Positions 28,383 through 38,596 are shown, counted from the stretch's first letter. The stretch: DNA of 64,000 nucleotides from Gemmatimonadaceae bacterium (GCA_051859245.1 JBHYGA010000004.1:256001-320000), one strand, 5' to 3'. Notes: generated by a model not told the origin, from the letters alone. Numbers and translations are program-made.

Positions 28383-29693
28383 CTACATCACGAACAAGTC
28401 CGATCGATGCGCCGTCGCAATACGCACCGAATCCGCCTCGTCAACACCGGCCTCCGCCGCATACCCGCTCCACGCCGCGACCGCCGCCGACACCTCGGCC
28501 AACACGCGCATCGCTTTCGTCTTTTTTATTCCGGCCGCAGCAGCGAACGAGACGAGGTCCTCAGCTGTGAATCCATCCCGCTTCCCGCCCAGCGTCATCT
28601 GATGCACGCTCGTCCACGCACCCGACGGATTCCACGAGTACGACACATCAAACGCCGGCGACAATCGCCACACACCGGTACGATCCATGAGAAACGCAAT
28701 GTTCTTGACATGATCGTCCTGGTTACGCGCGAGAATATTGAAGTACGTGCGACGCACCTGTTGCTCGAAATCGGGCATTGGTAGTAGCAGTTTGCGCATT
28801 GTCTGCAACACCTGCTCGTACGCATACGCTCCAGCCAGACCAAAGTCATAGTGCGCAAGCGCACCAAACGACTGCATGTGCAGCGTGCCACCGTTCGGCG
28901 TGCGATCAAATCGGCGCGTCATGAAGTGCGAACGTCCGCCTTCTTCATGCAATCGACACGGCTCCATGTGAATGCCGGCCGCGAGCGCCATGCGATGATA
29001 CGCGTACTCAATCCGACCAAAACCCTGCGGGTCCGCAAGTTCTTTGTCACGGTTGCCAGACACGCCGTCGAACTTGAGCAACCAGTGACTGAATCCTTCC
29101 CCCGCAGGCGCCTGGCCCGAGCGAAACTCACCGGTCGTTTCATTCCACGCCAACACGGCCTTCGCTCGCGCGCCACCCGCCGACGTGCCAACTCTCAGTA
29201 TGTCTTCAATCGCGTGTTGATCGTTGTCGCCGGAAAGTTTTCCGTGCAACGCGATGCGATCATCAAGCGCTCGGTCGGCCATCGCAACAAGCTCCGCGAT
29301 ATCAACGCGACGTGAAGCGGTTGGCGATTCTCGAACACGCGGTTTGAATTCCAGCGCGCCCATGCCGCGCGAACCCGTGTAGCACAATCGCTCCACCGGC
29401 GTGAAGCTCGCCGGATCGCGCCCGCGTTGCGCCAACCACGCGTTGATAAGTGTATTGCCGAACGTATCTGGCAAACTGTCGGCCAGCAGTCCTGGCAAAC
29501 CCTTGAACGTCGCGCGCGAAAGCGACGGAAACGAATACGGCACGTCAGTGAGCGGCATCATGAGCGGCGCCACTTGAATCGACGAACGCGCAAACTCGGG
29601 GGTGTATTGAAACACGGCGACTTCGCGATCTGGCAGCCACGTGACCGCGCCAATGTCGCGCCCCCAGAGGATCACACGCGCCGAGTCCGTCAC
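28383..29693 (-). CDS. hipA: HipA-family kinase toxin
   Basis: DSLPD.FG in the N-domain, GTSAGGARAKA, WLLKFDG, RFDR, NQDDHVKN, LSPAFDV; GTGA overlap with the upstream HTH gene. Confidence 0.93.
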   Translation of the reverse strand: MTDSARVILWGRDIGAVTWLPDREVAVFQYTPEFARSSIQVAPLMMPLTDVPYSFPSLSRATFKGLPGLLADSLPDTFGNTLINAWLAQRGRDPASFTPVERLCYTGSRGMGALEFKPRVRESPTASRRVDIAELVAMADRALDDRIALHGKLSGDNDQHAIEDILRVGTSAGGARAKAVLAWNETTGEFRSGQAPAGEGFSHWLLKFDGVSGNRDKELADPQGFGRIEYAYHRMALAAGIHMEPCRLHEEGGRSHFMTRRFDRTPNGGTLHMQSFGALAHYDFGLAGAYAYEQVLQTMRKLLLPMPDFEQQVRRTYFNILARNQDDHVKNIAFLMDRTGVWRLSPAFDVSYSWNPSGAWTSVHQMTLGGKRDGFTAEDLVSFAAAAGIKKTKAMRVLAEVSAAVAAWSGYAAEAGVDEADSVRIATAHRSDLFVM

Positions 29694-30049
29694 TCGGTGC
29701 CCTCGTCACCCCACGTCCACGCCGTGCGCGCCGACGAACGCTGGCCGCTGGCGCGCTGACGTTCAACGCCGTCATACCGCACGCGCTCCACAGGACGGAC
29801 AGACGGGTCCGGCAGCAGTGCGGCGAGGTGATCGGAGAGACCGAGCGCTTGCACGACACGCACGAACGAATCAAGTGAGATCGGCCGGCCATCGGCCAGT
29901 CGCGTGAGCGTGCTGCGCGAGACGCCGGCCCGCTCAGCCAGCTGCTCCTGACTGAGATTTTGGCTCAGCCGGATCTCGTTGAGCTGCCGGCCGAGCATAT
30001 CAATGATCGTTTGCGCCGACGCTAAACTAAAGTCCGGCTTGTGAGTCAT
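29690..30049 (-). CDS. XRE-family HTH protein, probable HipB-type antitoxin
   Basis: IRLSQNLSQEQLAERAGVSRSTLTRL; C-terminal RQRAS...WTWGDE; coupled to hipA. Confidence 0.88.
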   Translation of the reverse strand: MTHKPDFSLASAQTIIDMLGRQLNEIRLSQNLSQEQLAERAGVSRSTLTRLADGRPISLDSFVRVVQALGLSDHLAALLPDPSVRPVERVRYDGVERQRASGQRSSARTAWTWGDEGTE

Positions 30050-30177
30050 AAGTGACTCTTAGGTTGGCTTAAACGCTAACAAAGCATCAAAACTGACGCA
30101 TTACTGACAGAATGTCAATCGCAACATAAAGTGTCTTTTTTGACGCATTATCATGAAAATGCGACTTTTCTGCGTCA
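30043..30177. promoter_or_regulatory. AT-rich hipBA promoter region with repeated TGAC operator-like sites
   Basis: GAGTCA-TAAG-TGACTC (30043-30058, over the start codon), TGACGCATTA at 30094 and 30141, TGACA-GAA-TGTCA (30105-30117), inverted TGCGTCA (30171-30177). Confidence 0.6.
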
Positions 30178-30658
30178 TAAACGATGCACTGTTTTGATTT
30201 GGCGAACAGGCACCTAGTTGGGCCGCGTCCCCGCCGCCGCCAAGCCGCTCCGCCCGCCGTGCCACCGCCAGCGTGCCTGCCGCAGTCCCGGCGCCCAGCA
30301 CCAGCGACACCGGCACAAATGCGTCGAACACCACCCCGCCGATCACCCACGAGTGCAGCGCTCCCGCCACCACCGCACCGGCCAGCGCAACCAGCGGCAT
30401 CGATAGTTCACCAACTCCGCGAGCCCGTCTCCCGAGCAGCGCCACGGCCATCGCGAAGCCCGCGCCGAGCACCGCACCGTAGCCCAGTCCGTATTGCAAC
30501 GCGGGCAGCATGTGCTCCGCCAGCAATCGCGAGAACGTGATCGGCTCACCGAACAGCAGCACGCGACCAACACGCAGCACTACACCAACCGCGCCCCACG
30601 CCACCGCCCACGTTGCCGCCGTTCCCAAGACACCGCGCGAAAACTTCAGCCACTTCAT
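30101..30658 (-). CDS. Hypothetical membrane protein, about 4 TM
   Basis: GGAG RBS before ATG; Gly/Ala-rich hydrophobic segments; atypical C-terminal ~35 aa encoded by the AT-rich hip promoter. Confidence 0.7.
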   Translation of the reverse strand: MKWLKFSRGVLGTAATWAVAWGAVGVVLRVGRVLLFGEPITFSRLLAEHMLPALQYGLGYGAVLGAGFAMAVALLGRRARGVGELSMPLVALAGAVVAGALHSWVIGGVVFDAFVPVSLVLGAGTAAGTLAVARRAERLGGGGDAAQLGACSPNQNSASFMTQKSRIFMIMRQKRHFMLRLTFCQ

Positions 30659-30679
30659 GCCCGCTCCCCGGTTGTCGAT

Positions 30680-31261
30680 TTAGCGCCACAGTGAGGCCAA
30701 CACGGTTTCACCGCGCGGCGACAAACGATAGCCCACATCAAGACTCTCGGTGAGTCCAAGCCGCTTCAACTTGCGCACGTTGATCTTGAACGGCTCTTTC
30801 TCCATCCCAAGCATCTCGCACAAATCACCCGCGCGCACTGCAGGATTCATTTCAATCACCTCGAGCGTCTGCAACGTCCATGCGCCCTCGCTAGCGCTGC
30901 TGTCCAGTTTGCGCAGTCGTGCGCGCAGACTCTCAAGTTCAGCGTCGGATTCTACCGGCTTCTTGCGCAAGGCAATGCGCGGATCGGCAACCAGCGCGCC
31001 CAATTCAACACGGTAGACATCACCATCCGCCCGCTGTTGCAACTCGTTCAACAGCGCGTCGCGCGTTGCAAACCCAGCAAGTTCCGCATCGCGTGCGCTG
31101 ATATCACGCAGCGCGACAATATCTACGCGCACAATCGACAGTTGTCCCACCGCCGTGAGCAGCGTGCCGCCCGACTTCACGGTTGGACGTTTCCACCGTC
31201 TGAACGCCAGCGTGATGTCGCCGGCGCGAATGCCTTCGAGTGTGTCTTTCCGAAAGAGCAT
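30680..31261 (-). CDS. ASCH-like domain protein with C-terminal winged helix
   Basis: GIRAGDITLAFRRWKRPTVKSGG, ISARDAELAGF, FKINVRKLKRLGLTESLDVGYRLSPRG; GGAGG RBS before ATG 31261. Confidence 0.75.
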   Translation of the reverse strand: MLFRKDTLEGIRAGDITLAFRRWKRPTVKSGGTLLTAVGQLSIVRVDIVALRDISARDAELAGFATRDALLNELQQRADGDVYRVELGALVADPRIALRKKPVESDAELESLRARLRKLDSSASEGAWTLQTLEVIEMNPAVRAGDLCEMLGMEKEPFKINVRKLKRLGLTESLDVGYRLSPRGETVLASLWR

Positions 31262-31366
31262 GCGACCTCCCGAAAGAAGAGGTAACCTTCTGTCGACGAA
31301 AGAAACCGTTCGCACCGCAGCCCGTACAGTCCAGACAGACGATCCGCCAACACCCGAGCCCCGCCC

Positions 31367-32794
31367 ATGTCGAATCGAACCACCACGCGCACCCACACGC
31401 AGTTTCGCAACGCGCTATTCGCGTTCGCCGCTCTGCTGGCCGCCGCGTCACCGGTCGAGCTCGCCGCGCAAACCCCCGCGCCCGCGTTCGCCTCGCGCCT
31501 GGACTCGCTCATCAGCGCCGAGATGGCGCGCACCAAAACCCCCGGTGTACAGGTGGCCGTCGTCGTAGATGGAAAACTCGCGTACGCGAAAGGCTACGGT
31601 GTGGCCGACATTGAAACCGGCCGCCCCGTCACCACAAACACGCTCTTCCGCGTTGGCTCGGTCACCAAAATGGTCACCGCCGCCACGCTCACGCAGCTCG
31701 AGGCCGATGGCAAAGTGAACCTGCAGGCCCCGATCAGCACCTATGTGCCTGAGCTCGCCGGCAAGCAGGTCGCGAACGTGACCACGCATCAGTTGCTTAC
31801 GCACAGCGCCGGCTGGCTCGACAACGCGGTCGCCTACGGCCGCATGGGCGAATCCGCACTCGGCGAAGTCTTCCGTGAAGTTTCTGACACGCTGTTCTTC
31901 ACGGCCCCTGGTCGCGTGATCTCGTATTCAAATCCCGGTTACTCCATGGCCGGTTACGTGGCCGAACGCGCAGGCGGCGCACGCTTTGCCACGCTCACCG
32001 AACAACTCGTGCTGCGCAAAGCCGGCATGACGCAGTCGACGTTCAAACCGCTGCAGGCGATGACCGTTGACTTCTCGCAGGGCCATGTTGGCGCGCCTGC
32101 AAACGCCGCTACAGTTGTGCGCCCGTTCACCGAGAACACGGCGCAGTGGGCCGCAGGATTTTTGTTCTCGAACACCACGGAGTTTGCGCGCTTCACCATG
32201 ATGCTCATGAACGGCGGGTTGCTCGACGGCACACGCGTACTGTCGGCCGACGCGGTGCAGAAGATGACCACCGGTCACCAGACCATGCCGGGCAACGCCA
32301 CATCCAGGTACGCCTACGGACTCACGGTGGGCACACGCGGCACCGATCGCGTGTGGACGCACGGCGGCTCCATCAACGGATTTGACGCGAGCGTGGTCAT
32401 GTTCCCCGATCGCAAACTGTCGGTCATTCTGTTTGACAATCGCGGCGGGAGTCCGATCAACGGCGTGATTGATCTGGTCGCAAAGGAAGTGGCCGGTATC
32501 ACGCCGCCTGCAGCGCCCGATGTTCCCGCCGAGCGTGTACCTACCGCGGCCGAGCGTGCGCTGGTGGTGGGCACGTTCAAGCAGGGCAACGTTTTCATCA
32601 CGCTCTTCGAAGAGAACGGAGCGCTCAAGTTCCGACAGGGTGCCGGCGTACTGCCCGTTGCGCTCGCCGGTGAAGAGCGCATTGTCATGATGCCACCCGT
32701 TGGCGAAAAAATCTCGCTGATCGTGGTGCGCGGCGCTGACGGACGCGTGGAGTATGTGCACCAGAGCCTGCGTTCGCTGGCGCGTCAACCGTAA
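31367..32794 (+). CDS. Exported serine hydrolase, beta-lactamase/AmpC-like family
   Basis: Signal peptide; FRVGSVTK (SxxK), LLTHSAG, YSN, HGG. Confidence 0.92.
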   Translation: MSNRTTTRTHTQFRNALFAFAALLAAASPVELAAQTPAPAFASRLDSLISAEMARTKTPGVQVAVVVDGKLAYAKGYGVADIETGRPVTTNTLFRVGSVTKMVTAATLTQLEADGKVNLQAPISTYVPELAGKQVANVTTHQLLTHSAGWLDNAVAYGRMGESALGEVFREVSDTLFFTAPGRVISYSNPGYSMAGYVAERAGGARFATLTEQLVLRKAGMTQSTFKPLQAMTVDFSQGHVGAPANAATVVRPFTENTAQWAAGFLFSNTTEFARFTMMLMNGGLLDGTRVLSADAVQKMTTGHQTMPGNATSRYAYGLTVGTRGTDRVWTHGGSINGFDASVVMFPDRKLSVILFDNRGGSPINGVIDLVAKEVAGITPPAAPDVPAERVPTAAERALVVGTFKQGNVFITLFEENGALKFRQGAGVLPVALAGEERIVMMPPVGEKISLIVVRGADGRVEYVHQSLRSLARQP

Positions 32795-32801
32795 GCACAC
32801 C

Positions 32802-33539
32802 ATGCACGTCTTCTACGATACGCTCGCCCCGTGGTGGCCACTCATTTCGCCGGTCACCGAGTACGAAGGCGAAATGCACGCGTTCATCCAGCTCATCAAT
32901 GTGTATGCGCCCAACGCACGCACGATGCTCGAACTCGGCAGCGGTGGTGGACACAACGCGCATTTTCTCAAGCAGCGCTACCAGATGACGCTCACCGATC
33001 TGAACGAGTCCATGCTGGCGCAGTCGCAGCAGCTCAACCCGGAGTGCGAACACGTCGTGGGCGACATGCGTACGCTCGCGCTGCATCGCGAGTTCGACGT
33101 GGTGTTTGTGCATGACGCGATCGACTACATGATCAGCGAGTCCGATCTCGCGCGCACATTTCGCACCGCCTACCAGCATCTGCGCAACGGCGGTGTGCTG
33201 GTGTGCGTGCCCGATCATGTGCGCGAGCGGTTCGAACCCGGTACTGATTGGGGCGGCAGTGACAGCCCGGACGGTCGCTCCATTCGCTTTCTCGAATGGA
33301 CGCCGGCGATCGATCGCCACGCCACCGTTGGCGTCACGCTCTACAGCTTTCTCGCCATTGACCACGAAGGCAAAGTGTTCAACTTCGCCGAAGACCACCG
33401 GTTTGGCGTATTTCCCGAAGCCACCTGGGTATCGCTGCTCACGTCCGAGGGATTCCGCGTTGACGTAGTCGACGAACCCGGTGTGGAAGACGATCGCACG
33501 CCACGACGCGTGTTTGTGGCAACCAAGGGTGGCGCGTAG
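32802..33539 (+). CDS. Class I SAM-dependent methyltransferase
   Basis: LELGSGGG, DLNESML, GDMR, FDVV; ATG 7 bp after the upstream stop. Confidence 0.9.
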   Translation: MHVFYDTLAPWWPLISPVTEYEGEMHAFIQLINVYAPNARTMLELGSGGGHNAHFLKQRYQMTLTDLNESMLAQSQQLNPECEHVVGDMRTLALHREFDVVFVHDAIDYMISESDLARTFRTAYQHLRNGGVLVCVPDHVRERFEPGTDWGGSDSPDGRSIRFLEWTPAIDRHATVGVTLYSFLAIDHEGKVFNFAEDHRFGVFPEATWVSLLTSEGFRVDVVDEPGVEDDRTPRRVFVATKGGA

Positions 33540-33585
33540 CAAGGGCTTGAGCGCGCCGCAGCGCCTGCCTGGGACCGAGTTGACG

Positions 33586-34332
33586 TCAAGCCCGTGCCGA
33601 GGATTCCACGACCGCGCGTAACGCGCGCGCTTCGGACCACACGTCGTGCAGCGCACCAACAGGCAGCACGGCGCCTCCGGAGATCTGCGGCGCTGCGTTG
33701 CCGAGCAGCGCCCCGCGACCCCGCTCCACATCATCCGGATCACCCAGCCCCGCCGAACGATGCGTGCGCAAAATCTCGAGAATCAGCGCGCGTATTTCGA
33801 GCGGATTCGAAAGGCCGCGCAATCGAGCACGATGTGCGGCGCCCGCCGTTTCGGCCGATCCACCACCTGCCGTTTCCACTTCCACATTCGAAAATCCAAA
33901 CCAGCGTTCCAGCGGACCCTGACTCACCCGCACATTCTGCGCGTTTGCAAACGTGATCGTGATCTCCTGCACATTCCACACGCCTTCGCGAATGAGCAAA
34001 CTGCGATCGGTAATTACGTACCAGCGCATTTCGTAATCGAGACGCATGGTCACGTACAGCACCGCCGCTTTACCAATCGCAATTAGGACCAGCGGAATCA
34101 CCAGCCACAACAAGCGTGCATCGATCGACAGCATCGTACCGCTCGCGATCACGACGCCCAAGCCCCACGCCGCCGCGTACAGGCGCCATTCGAACATGCG
34201 CAGATGCAGAAATCCCGGCGCCGCGCGTTCAATGCGCAGGCGTTCGTAGGGTTCATGCCCGGCGGGCGGGTGTGGCTCGCTGTCTTCGACACGAAGCCAC
34301 GGCAGGATCAGTTTCTTGAGCCACTCATACAT
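33586..34332 (-). CDS. Bacterial PH-domain membrane protein
   Basis: 2 TMs then YVITDRSLLIREG..., QNVRVSQGPLERWFG...VETAGG. Confidence 0.85.
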   Translation of the reverse strand: MYEWLKKLILPWLRVEDSEPHPPAGHEPYERLRIERAAPGFLHLRMFEWRLYAAAWGLGVVIASGTMLSIDARLLWLVIPLVLIAIGKAAVLYVTMRLDYEMRWYVITDRSLLIREGVWNVQEITITFANAQNVRVSQGPLERWFGFSNVEVETAGGGSAETAGAAHRARLRGLSNPLEIRALILEILRTHRSAGLGDPDDVERGRGALLGNAAPQISGGAVLPVGALHDVWSEARALRAVVESSARA

Positions 34333-34987
34333 CGCGTACGACCGGCGTTGGTGGGTGAACACCACGCGCGCCCGCGTCATGCGCAGTCGCGTCACGCGCA
34401 CTCGCACCATTGCCGCCATTCGCGCCCGCACGTTGCGACTCCAGCAACTCACGCACCGCGCGGAGTTCGTCGCGAATGCCCGTGAGTGCTGCGACCGCCT
34501 GCGCGTCCGTTCCCTCCGCGAGCATCGTCGTCACGTCACCGCCAGACACCGCCGCACTCGGCTTCGCACCGCGATGTCCACGCATGCGCGCGTACAAATA
34601 ATTGCGCACATCCTGATATTGCGTGAGACCGAGAATCGACTCCGTGGCCGCTGCACTGCCCGACGCCGTTTGAATCTTCACGGTGCCAATGCCGAGCCAC
34701 CGTTCGAAGATGTTGCGCGTGACGTGAATGTCCTGAATGCGCGCGTACGTGAGGTAGGTTTCGCGGCGCCAGATCAGTCCGTAGCTCACACTCACACCAT
34801 CGTCGTCAAACCGATAGCGCAGCGTTTTGTACCTGAAGTACATCGGCAGGATCACAAACGGCAGCGCCACATTCGACAGCACGCTGTAGATGATGAACAG
34901 CGTCCATAGCTGCGGATCAGGCGTCGTGATGGCCTGCACACGCGCTGCGTCGACAGGGGCGAGGTGAGCGTCGGTGTGTTCGTTCAT
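34325..34987 (-). CDS. Bacterial PH-domain membrane protein
   Basis: TM then YRFDDDGV..YGLIWRRE...YARIQD...ERWLGIGTVKIQTASG. Confidence 0.85.
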   Translation of the reverse strand: MNEHTDAHLAPVDAARVQAITTPDPQLWTLFIIYSVLSNVALPFVILPMYFRYKTLRYRFDDDGVSVSYGLIWRRETYLTYARIQDIHVTRNIFERWLGIGTVKIQTASGSAAATESILGLTQYQDVRNYLYARMRGHRGAKPSAAVSGGDVTTMLAEGTDAQAVAALTGIRDELRAVRELLESQRAGANGGNGASARDATAHDAGARGVHPPTPVVRDV

Positions 34988-34994
34988 GCTCGTA

Positions 34995-35279
34995 CTACTC
35001 GCCCTGCGCAAACACCCGCAGCCACTCCGGCCAGTTGCCGCTCAGTTCGAAGAAGTCGTCGAAGTACACCAGCCCCGCGTCCTCGAGCGCGTCGATCAGC
35101 GCGCTCACACTGTCCTCACCCACCAGCGGGCCCACCGCAATGAGCGGCCCCTCCACACGGAATTCTTCGTCGGTCAGGTTGAGCACGTCGTCAAACTGCT
35201 GACGCGTGAGTTCGGCGCGCTCAAACGCACTCTTGCGAATGAGCAGCGTGGGCGCGGTACCATCGAGGCGTAGGGGCAT
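34995..35279 (-). CDS. Small acidic hypothetical protein
   Basis: MPLRLDGTAPTLLIRK...GLVYFDDFFELSGNWPEWL; GC3-rich codons; co-oriented with the PH genes. Confidence 0.7.
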   Translation of the reverse strand: MPLRLDGTAPTLLIRKSAFERAELTRQQFDDVLNLTDEEFRVEGPLIAVGPLVGEDSVSALIDALEDAGLVYFDDFFELSGNWPEWLRVFAQGE

Positions 35280-35500
35280 GGGCGAAAGATACGCGCGTGG
35301 GCTGCGGGAGATGCAGACGCGGGCGGGCGCCCACACGAGGTCGTCGTGATGCAGTGCCGGCGTTTCCTGCCCGGGCCGCCAGCATTCAATCACTCGCGCA
35401 TTCGGACGTCCCTCATCAGCATCCCGCACCGTCGCTTCAGTTGTCCGCCAGCGTCGGCTTTGCACCGCGGCAAGCGAGCCAACCGCGCTAGTTTTCAGAT

Positions 35501-37420
35501 ATGCCACATTCGCCCCACCCCGAAGCCACTTTCGACGTGCTCGTTGTCGGCGCAGGCCACGCCGGTACCGAAGCCGCCGTGGCCGCCGCCCGCGCGGGTG
35601 CCTCCGTCGGGCTGGTCACGAGCGCACTCGAAACCATCGGTCAGATGTCCTGCAACCCGGCCATTGGCGGCGTGGCCAAAGGCACCGTGGTCCGCGAGGT
35701 CGACGCGCTCGGTGGCCTGATGGGCCGCGCGACTGATCTGGCCATGCTGCAGTTCCGCATGCTCAACCAGGGCAAGGGTCCGGCCGTGTGGGCCCCGCGC
35801 GCGCAGTGCGACCGCGGGCTGTATCGACGGGCCGTGCGCACGCTGCTCGAAGAACATGCGGGCATCCATACCATCCAAGGCACAGTCGCTCGGCTCATGC
35901 TAGACGGGGACCGCGTCACGGGGCTTGAGACGCTTGAGGGTCGGCGTTTTGCCGCGCGCGCGGTGGTGCTGACCACGGGCACCTTCGGTCGCGGCAAACT
36001 GCACATCGGCACGAGCACCCAGATCGCCGGCGGACGGGCGGGCGAGGGCGCCAACGCCCAACTCGGCGAGCAGCTCGACGCGGCGGGGCTGGAAACGCTG
36101 CGATTCAAAACGGGTACGCCGCCACGCATTGACGGACGTTCGGTGGACTATACCGATCTCGTGGTGCAGCCCAGTGAGGTGGAAGAACACGATTGGTCGT
36201 GGTCGCACTTCTGGAGCACGCCGCGCCGCAGCGGTGAGCGCACACGACATCCCGAGCAGATGCCGTGCTGGATCACGTATCTCGAGGCGCCCGGCAAATC
36301 GATCATTGAAGCGCACATCAATGAGTCGGCCATGTACGGCGGCGCAATTGCATCGCAGGGCCCGCGATACTGCCCGAGTGTTGAAGACAAAGTGGTGAAG
36401 TTTCCGCACGCGGAACGTCATCAACTTTTTCTTGAACCGGAAGGCCACGATACGCGCGAACTGTACGTGAACGGCTTGTCGACCTCGCTGCCGTCAACCG
36501 TACAACTCGAAGTGTTGCGTTCAATTGATGGGCTGCATGACGTGCGCGTGACACGCGCCGGTTACGCCATTGAGTACGACTATTATCCGCCTACGCAGCT
36601 CGACAGCACACTGCAGTCACGCGCGATTGCCGGGCTCTGGTTTGCAGGGCAAGTGAATGGCACCACCGGCTATGAAGAAGCGGCGGGACAGGGTGTCGTC
36701 GCTGGCATCAACGCGGCGCGTTGGGTGCATGAACGTGAACCGTTTGTTCTCGGTCGCGAGACGAGTTACATCGGTGTCCTCGTTGACGATCTCGTCACAC
36801 GTGGTGTGGACGAACCGTATCGCTTGTTCACGTCACGCAGCGAGTTTCGTTTGACGGTGCGACAGGACAACGCGCTCTCGCGACTGTCGGCACTTGGTGA
36901 AGCGGCGCATTTGTACAACGACGCGGAACGCGCATTGATCGACGCGCGCCTGGGCGCCGAGCAGGAGGCGATTCGCATCGCCGAGAATACGAGCATCACG
37001 CCGGCGCAAGCAGATCATTTGTTGGTGGGCACGGGCACGGCGCCGCTCACGCACGCGATTCGCATTGCGGAAGTCGCGAAACGACAAGGTGTGTCTTTGG
37101 CGGCGCTCTTTGCCGCGGCTGGCGTTGCCACAACACTGCCTGGTGATGCCGTTGTGACGGCCGAACTGGAACTCAAATACGCGGGGTATTTCCTGCGTGA
37201 GCGTCGCGCGGCGCATCGGCTGGCGTCGATGGGTGAGACGGTGTTGCCCGAGTCGCTGGAGTACGCGTCGCTGCTCACCCTGAGCACGGAGGCTCGGCAG
37301 AAGCTGGCGAGCCGTCGGCCGGGGACGCTGGCGCAGGCGGCGAGCATTCCCGGGATCAGTCCGGCGGATTTGCAGAGCCTGGTGTTTGAGCTGTCGCGCC
37401 TGAGACGGGTGCCGGAGTAG
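35501..37420 (+). CDS. mnmG: tRNA U34 carboxymethylaminomethyl modification enzyme MnmG (GidA)
   Basis: GAGHAG.EAA, MSCNPAIGG, KGPAV, KTGTPPR, GPRYCPS.EDK, GQVNGTTGYEEAA, EPYRLFTSR. Confidence 0.98.
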   Translation: MPHSPHPEATFDVLVVGAGHAGTEAAVAAARAGASVGLVTSALETIGQMSCNPAIGGVAKGTVVREVDALGGLMGRATDLAMLQFRMLNQGKGPAVWAPRAQCDRGLYRRAVRTLLEEHAGIHTIQGTVARLMLDGDRVTGLETLEGRRFAARAVVLTTGTFGRGKLHIGTSTQIAGGRAGEGANAQLGEQLDAAGLETLRFKTGTPPRIDGRSVDYTDLVVQPSEVEEHDWSWSHFWSTPRRSGERTRHPEQMPCWITYLEAPGKSIIEAHINESAMYGGAIASQGPRYCPSVEDKVVKFPHAERHQLFLEPEGHDTRELYVNGLSTSLPSTVQLEVLRSIDGLHDVRVTRAGYAIEYDYYPPTQLDSTLQSRAIAGLWFAGQVNGTTGYEEAAGQGVVAGINAARWVHEREPFVLGRETSYIGVLVDDLVTRGVDEPYRLFTSRSEFRLTVRQDNALSRLSALGEAAHLYNDAERALIDARLGAEQEAIRIAENTSITPAQADHLLVGTGTAPLTHAIRIAEVAKRQGVSLAALFAAAGVATTLPGDAVVTAELELKYAGYFLRERRAAHRLASMGETVLPESLEYASLLTLSTEARQKLASRRPGTLAQAASIPGISPADLQSLVFELSRLRRVPE

Positions 37421-37525
37421 CGCCTGCTGGTTGGCGCAACGGTGGCCGTGCTGTCGCAGGAATAGCGCGTGGCGTTTGGCGCGACGGTTGTCGTGAGTGC
37501 CGACGCGATCCCTGATGCTTGGGGC

Positions 37526-37739
37526 GGAGGTTGTCTCGGATGCAGGTGGAGGGGACGGGAAGGCGCGAAAAGCGCGAACAACGCGAAGAAACTCGAAAGA
37601 ATGTGTGCGAACAAAAGCCGAATATTCAGGTCATAAATACCGCATCATAATAACATCATTGCGCCAATTATTTGCTTTTGCTCTTCTTCGCGCTTTTCGC
37701 GCCGTCCCGTGCCCTCCACCCGCACCAAAGACAACCTCC
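37526..37739. repeat. Long imperfect inverted repeat with AT-rich spacer (palindromic element 1)
   Basis: Arms 37526-37578 and 37687-37739 match at 47/53 positions and contain GCGCGAAAAGCGCGAA. Confidence 0.9.
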
Positions 37740-37841
37740 TCCCAAAGCACGCACCAACCACGTCCTCGATGTGCAACGGCGCCGCATCGCAACGTCTCCA
37801 CAAGTGTAGATCTTCTCGACACCCAACCCCGGACCAAACTC

Positions 37842-38570
37842 ATGAAGACTAAATCGTTCGCCCGCGCCTCCGCCCTGCTGGCCGCCGTAACCCTCGCCTC
37901 GACGGTCGCCGCGCAGGACTCCAACCAGCGTCCGCTGCCGCAGGTCGTGATCACCGCCAACGGCGAAGTCCAGGTCACGCCAGACCGCGCCCGCATCTCA
38001 CTAGGAGTGGACAGTGAAGCCAAGACCGCCCAGGAGGCGTCGCAGCTCAATGCCGCGGCGCAGACCAAAGTGATCGAGGCCATCCGCAAGGCCGGGATTC
38101 CCGCGGCCAGCATTCGCACCAGCGGCTACAACGTCTCGCCCGTTCAGGAGTACATCCCCGAGACACGCAAATGGCGCGTTGACGGCTATCGCGTGACCAA
38201 CATGGTCGTGGTGGTCGTAGAGCCCGTGGCCAATGCTGGCAAAGTGATCGACGCCGCCCTCGCCGCCGGCGCCAACCGCGTGGCCGGACTCAGCTTCGAG
38301 ATCAAAGACGCCACGTCAGCCCGTGAGCAGGCCATGACCGAGGCCGTGAAGCGTGCGCGCCGCGAAGCCGAACTCGTGGCCCGGGCCGCCGGCGGTGAGA
38401 TCGTCGGCCTGATCGAAGTCATGGTCAACTCCTACGAACAGCCCCAGCCTCGCCCGATGTACGAGATGCAGGCCATGCGCGCGGACGCCGCCAGCACCCC
38501 CGTGAGTGAGGGCACGCAGCCCGTGACTGTGAATGTGACCACGCGCTGGGAGTATAAGACGCGCCGTTAG
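37842..38570 (+). CDS. Periplasmic SIMPL (DUF541) protein
   Basis: Signal peptide from ATG 37842; VTPDRARISLGV, IRTSGYNVSP, GYRVTN, AGANRVAGLSF. Confidence 0.9.
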   Translation: MKTKSFARASALLAAVTLASTVAAQDSNQRPLPQVVITANGEVQVTPDRARISLGVDSEAKTAQEASQLNAAAQTKVIEAIRKAGIPAASIRTSGYNVSPVQEYIPETRKWRVDGYRVTNMVVVVVEPVANAGKVIDAALAAGANRVAGLSFEIKDATSAREQAMTEAVKRARREAELVARAAGGEIVGLIEVMVNSYEQPQPRPMYEMQAMRADAASTPVSEGTQPVTVNVTTRWEYKTRR

Positions 38571-38596
38571 CACCAGCTCGCGCTCCCTGCCCAAAA

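Noticed and set aside
28383..30049. Prophage or integrative element carrying hipBA
   Set aside because: No integrase, tRNA, att-like direct repeats or phage genes.
31367..32794. True beta-lactamase regulated by the BlaI/BlaR1 pair
   Set aside because: Generic SxxK hydrolase more than 20 kb away; the BlaR1 homolog has no penicillin-binding sensor and I saw no operator copy upstream.
35303..35428. Hammerhead-ribozyme-like sequence on the minus strand (CTGATGA at 35419-35413, later GAAAC...GTC, partly complementary flanks)
   Set aside because: The core is not canonical: the short stem II is followed by GAAT, the distant GAAA lacks the closing C, and stem I is out of register. An Infernal/Rfam search would settle it.
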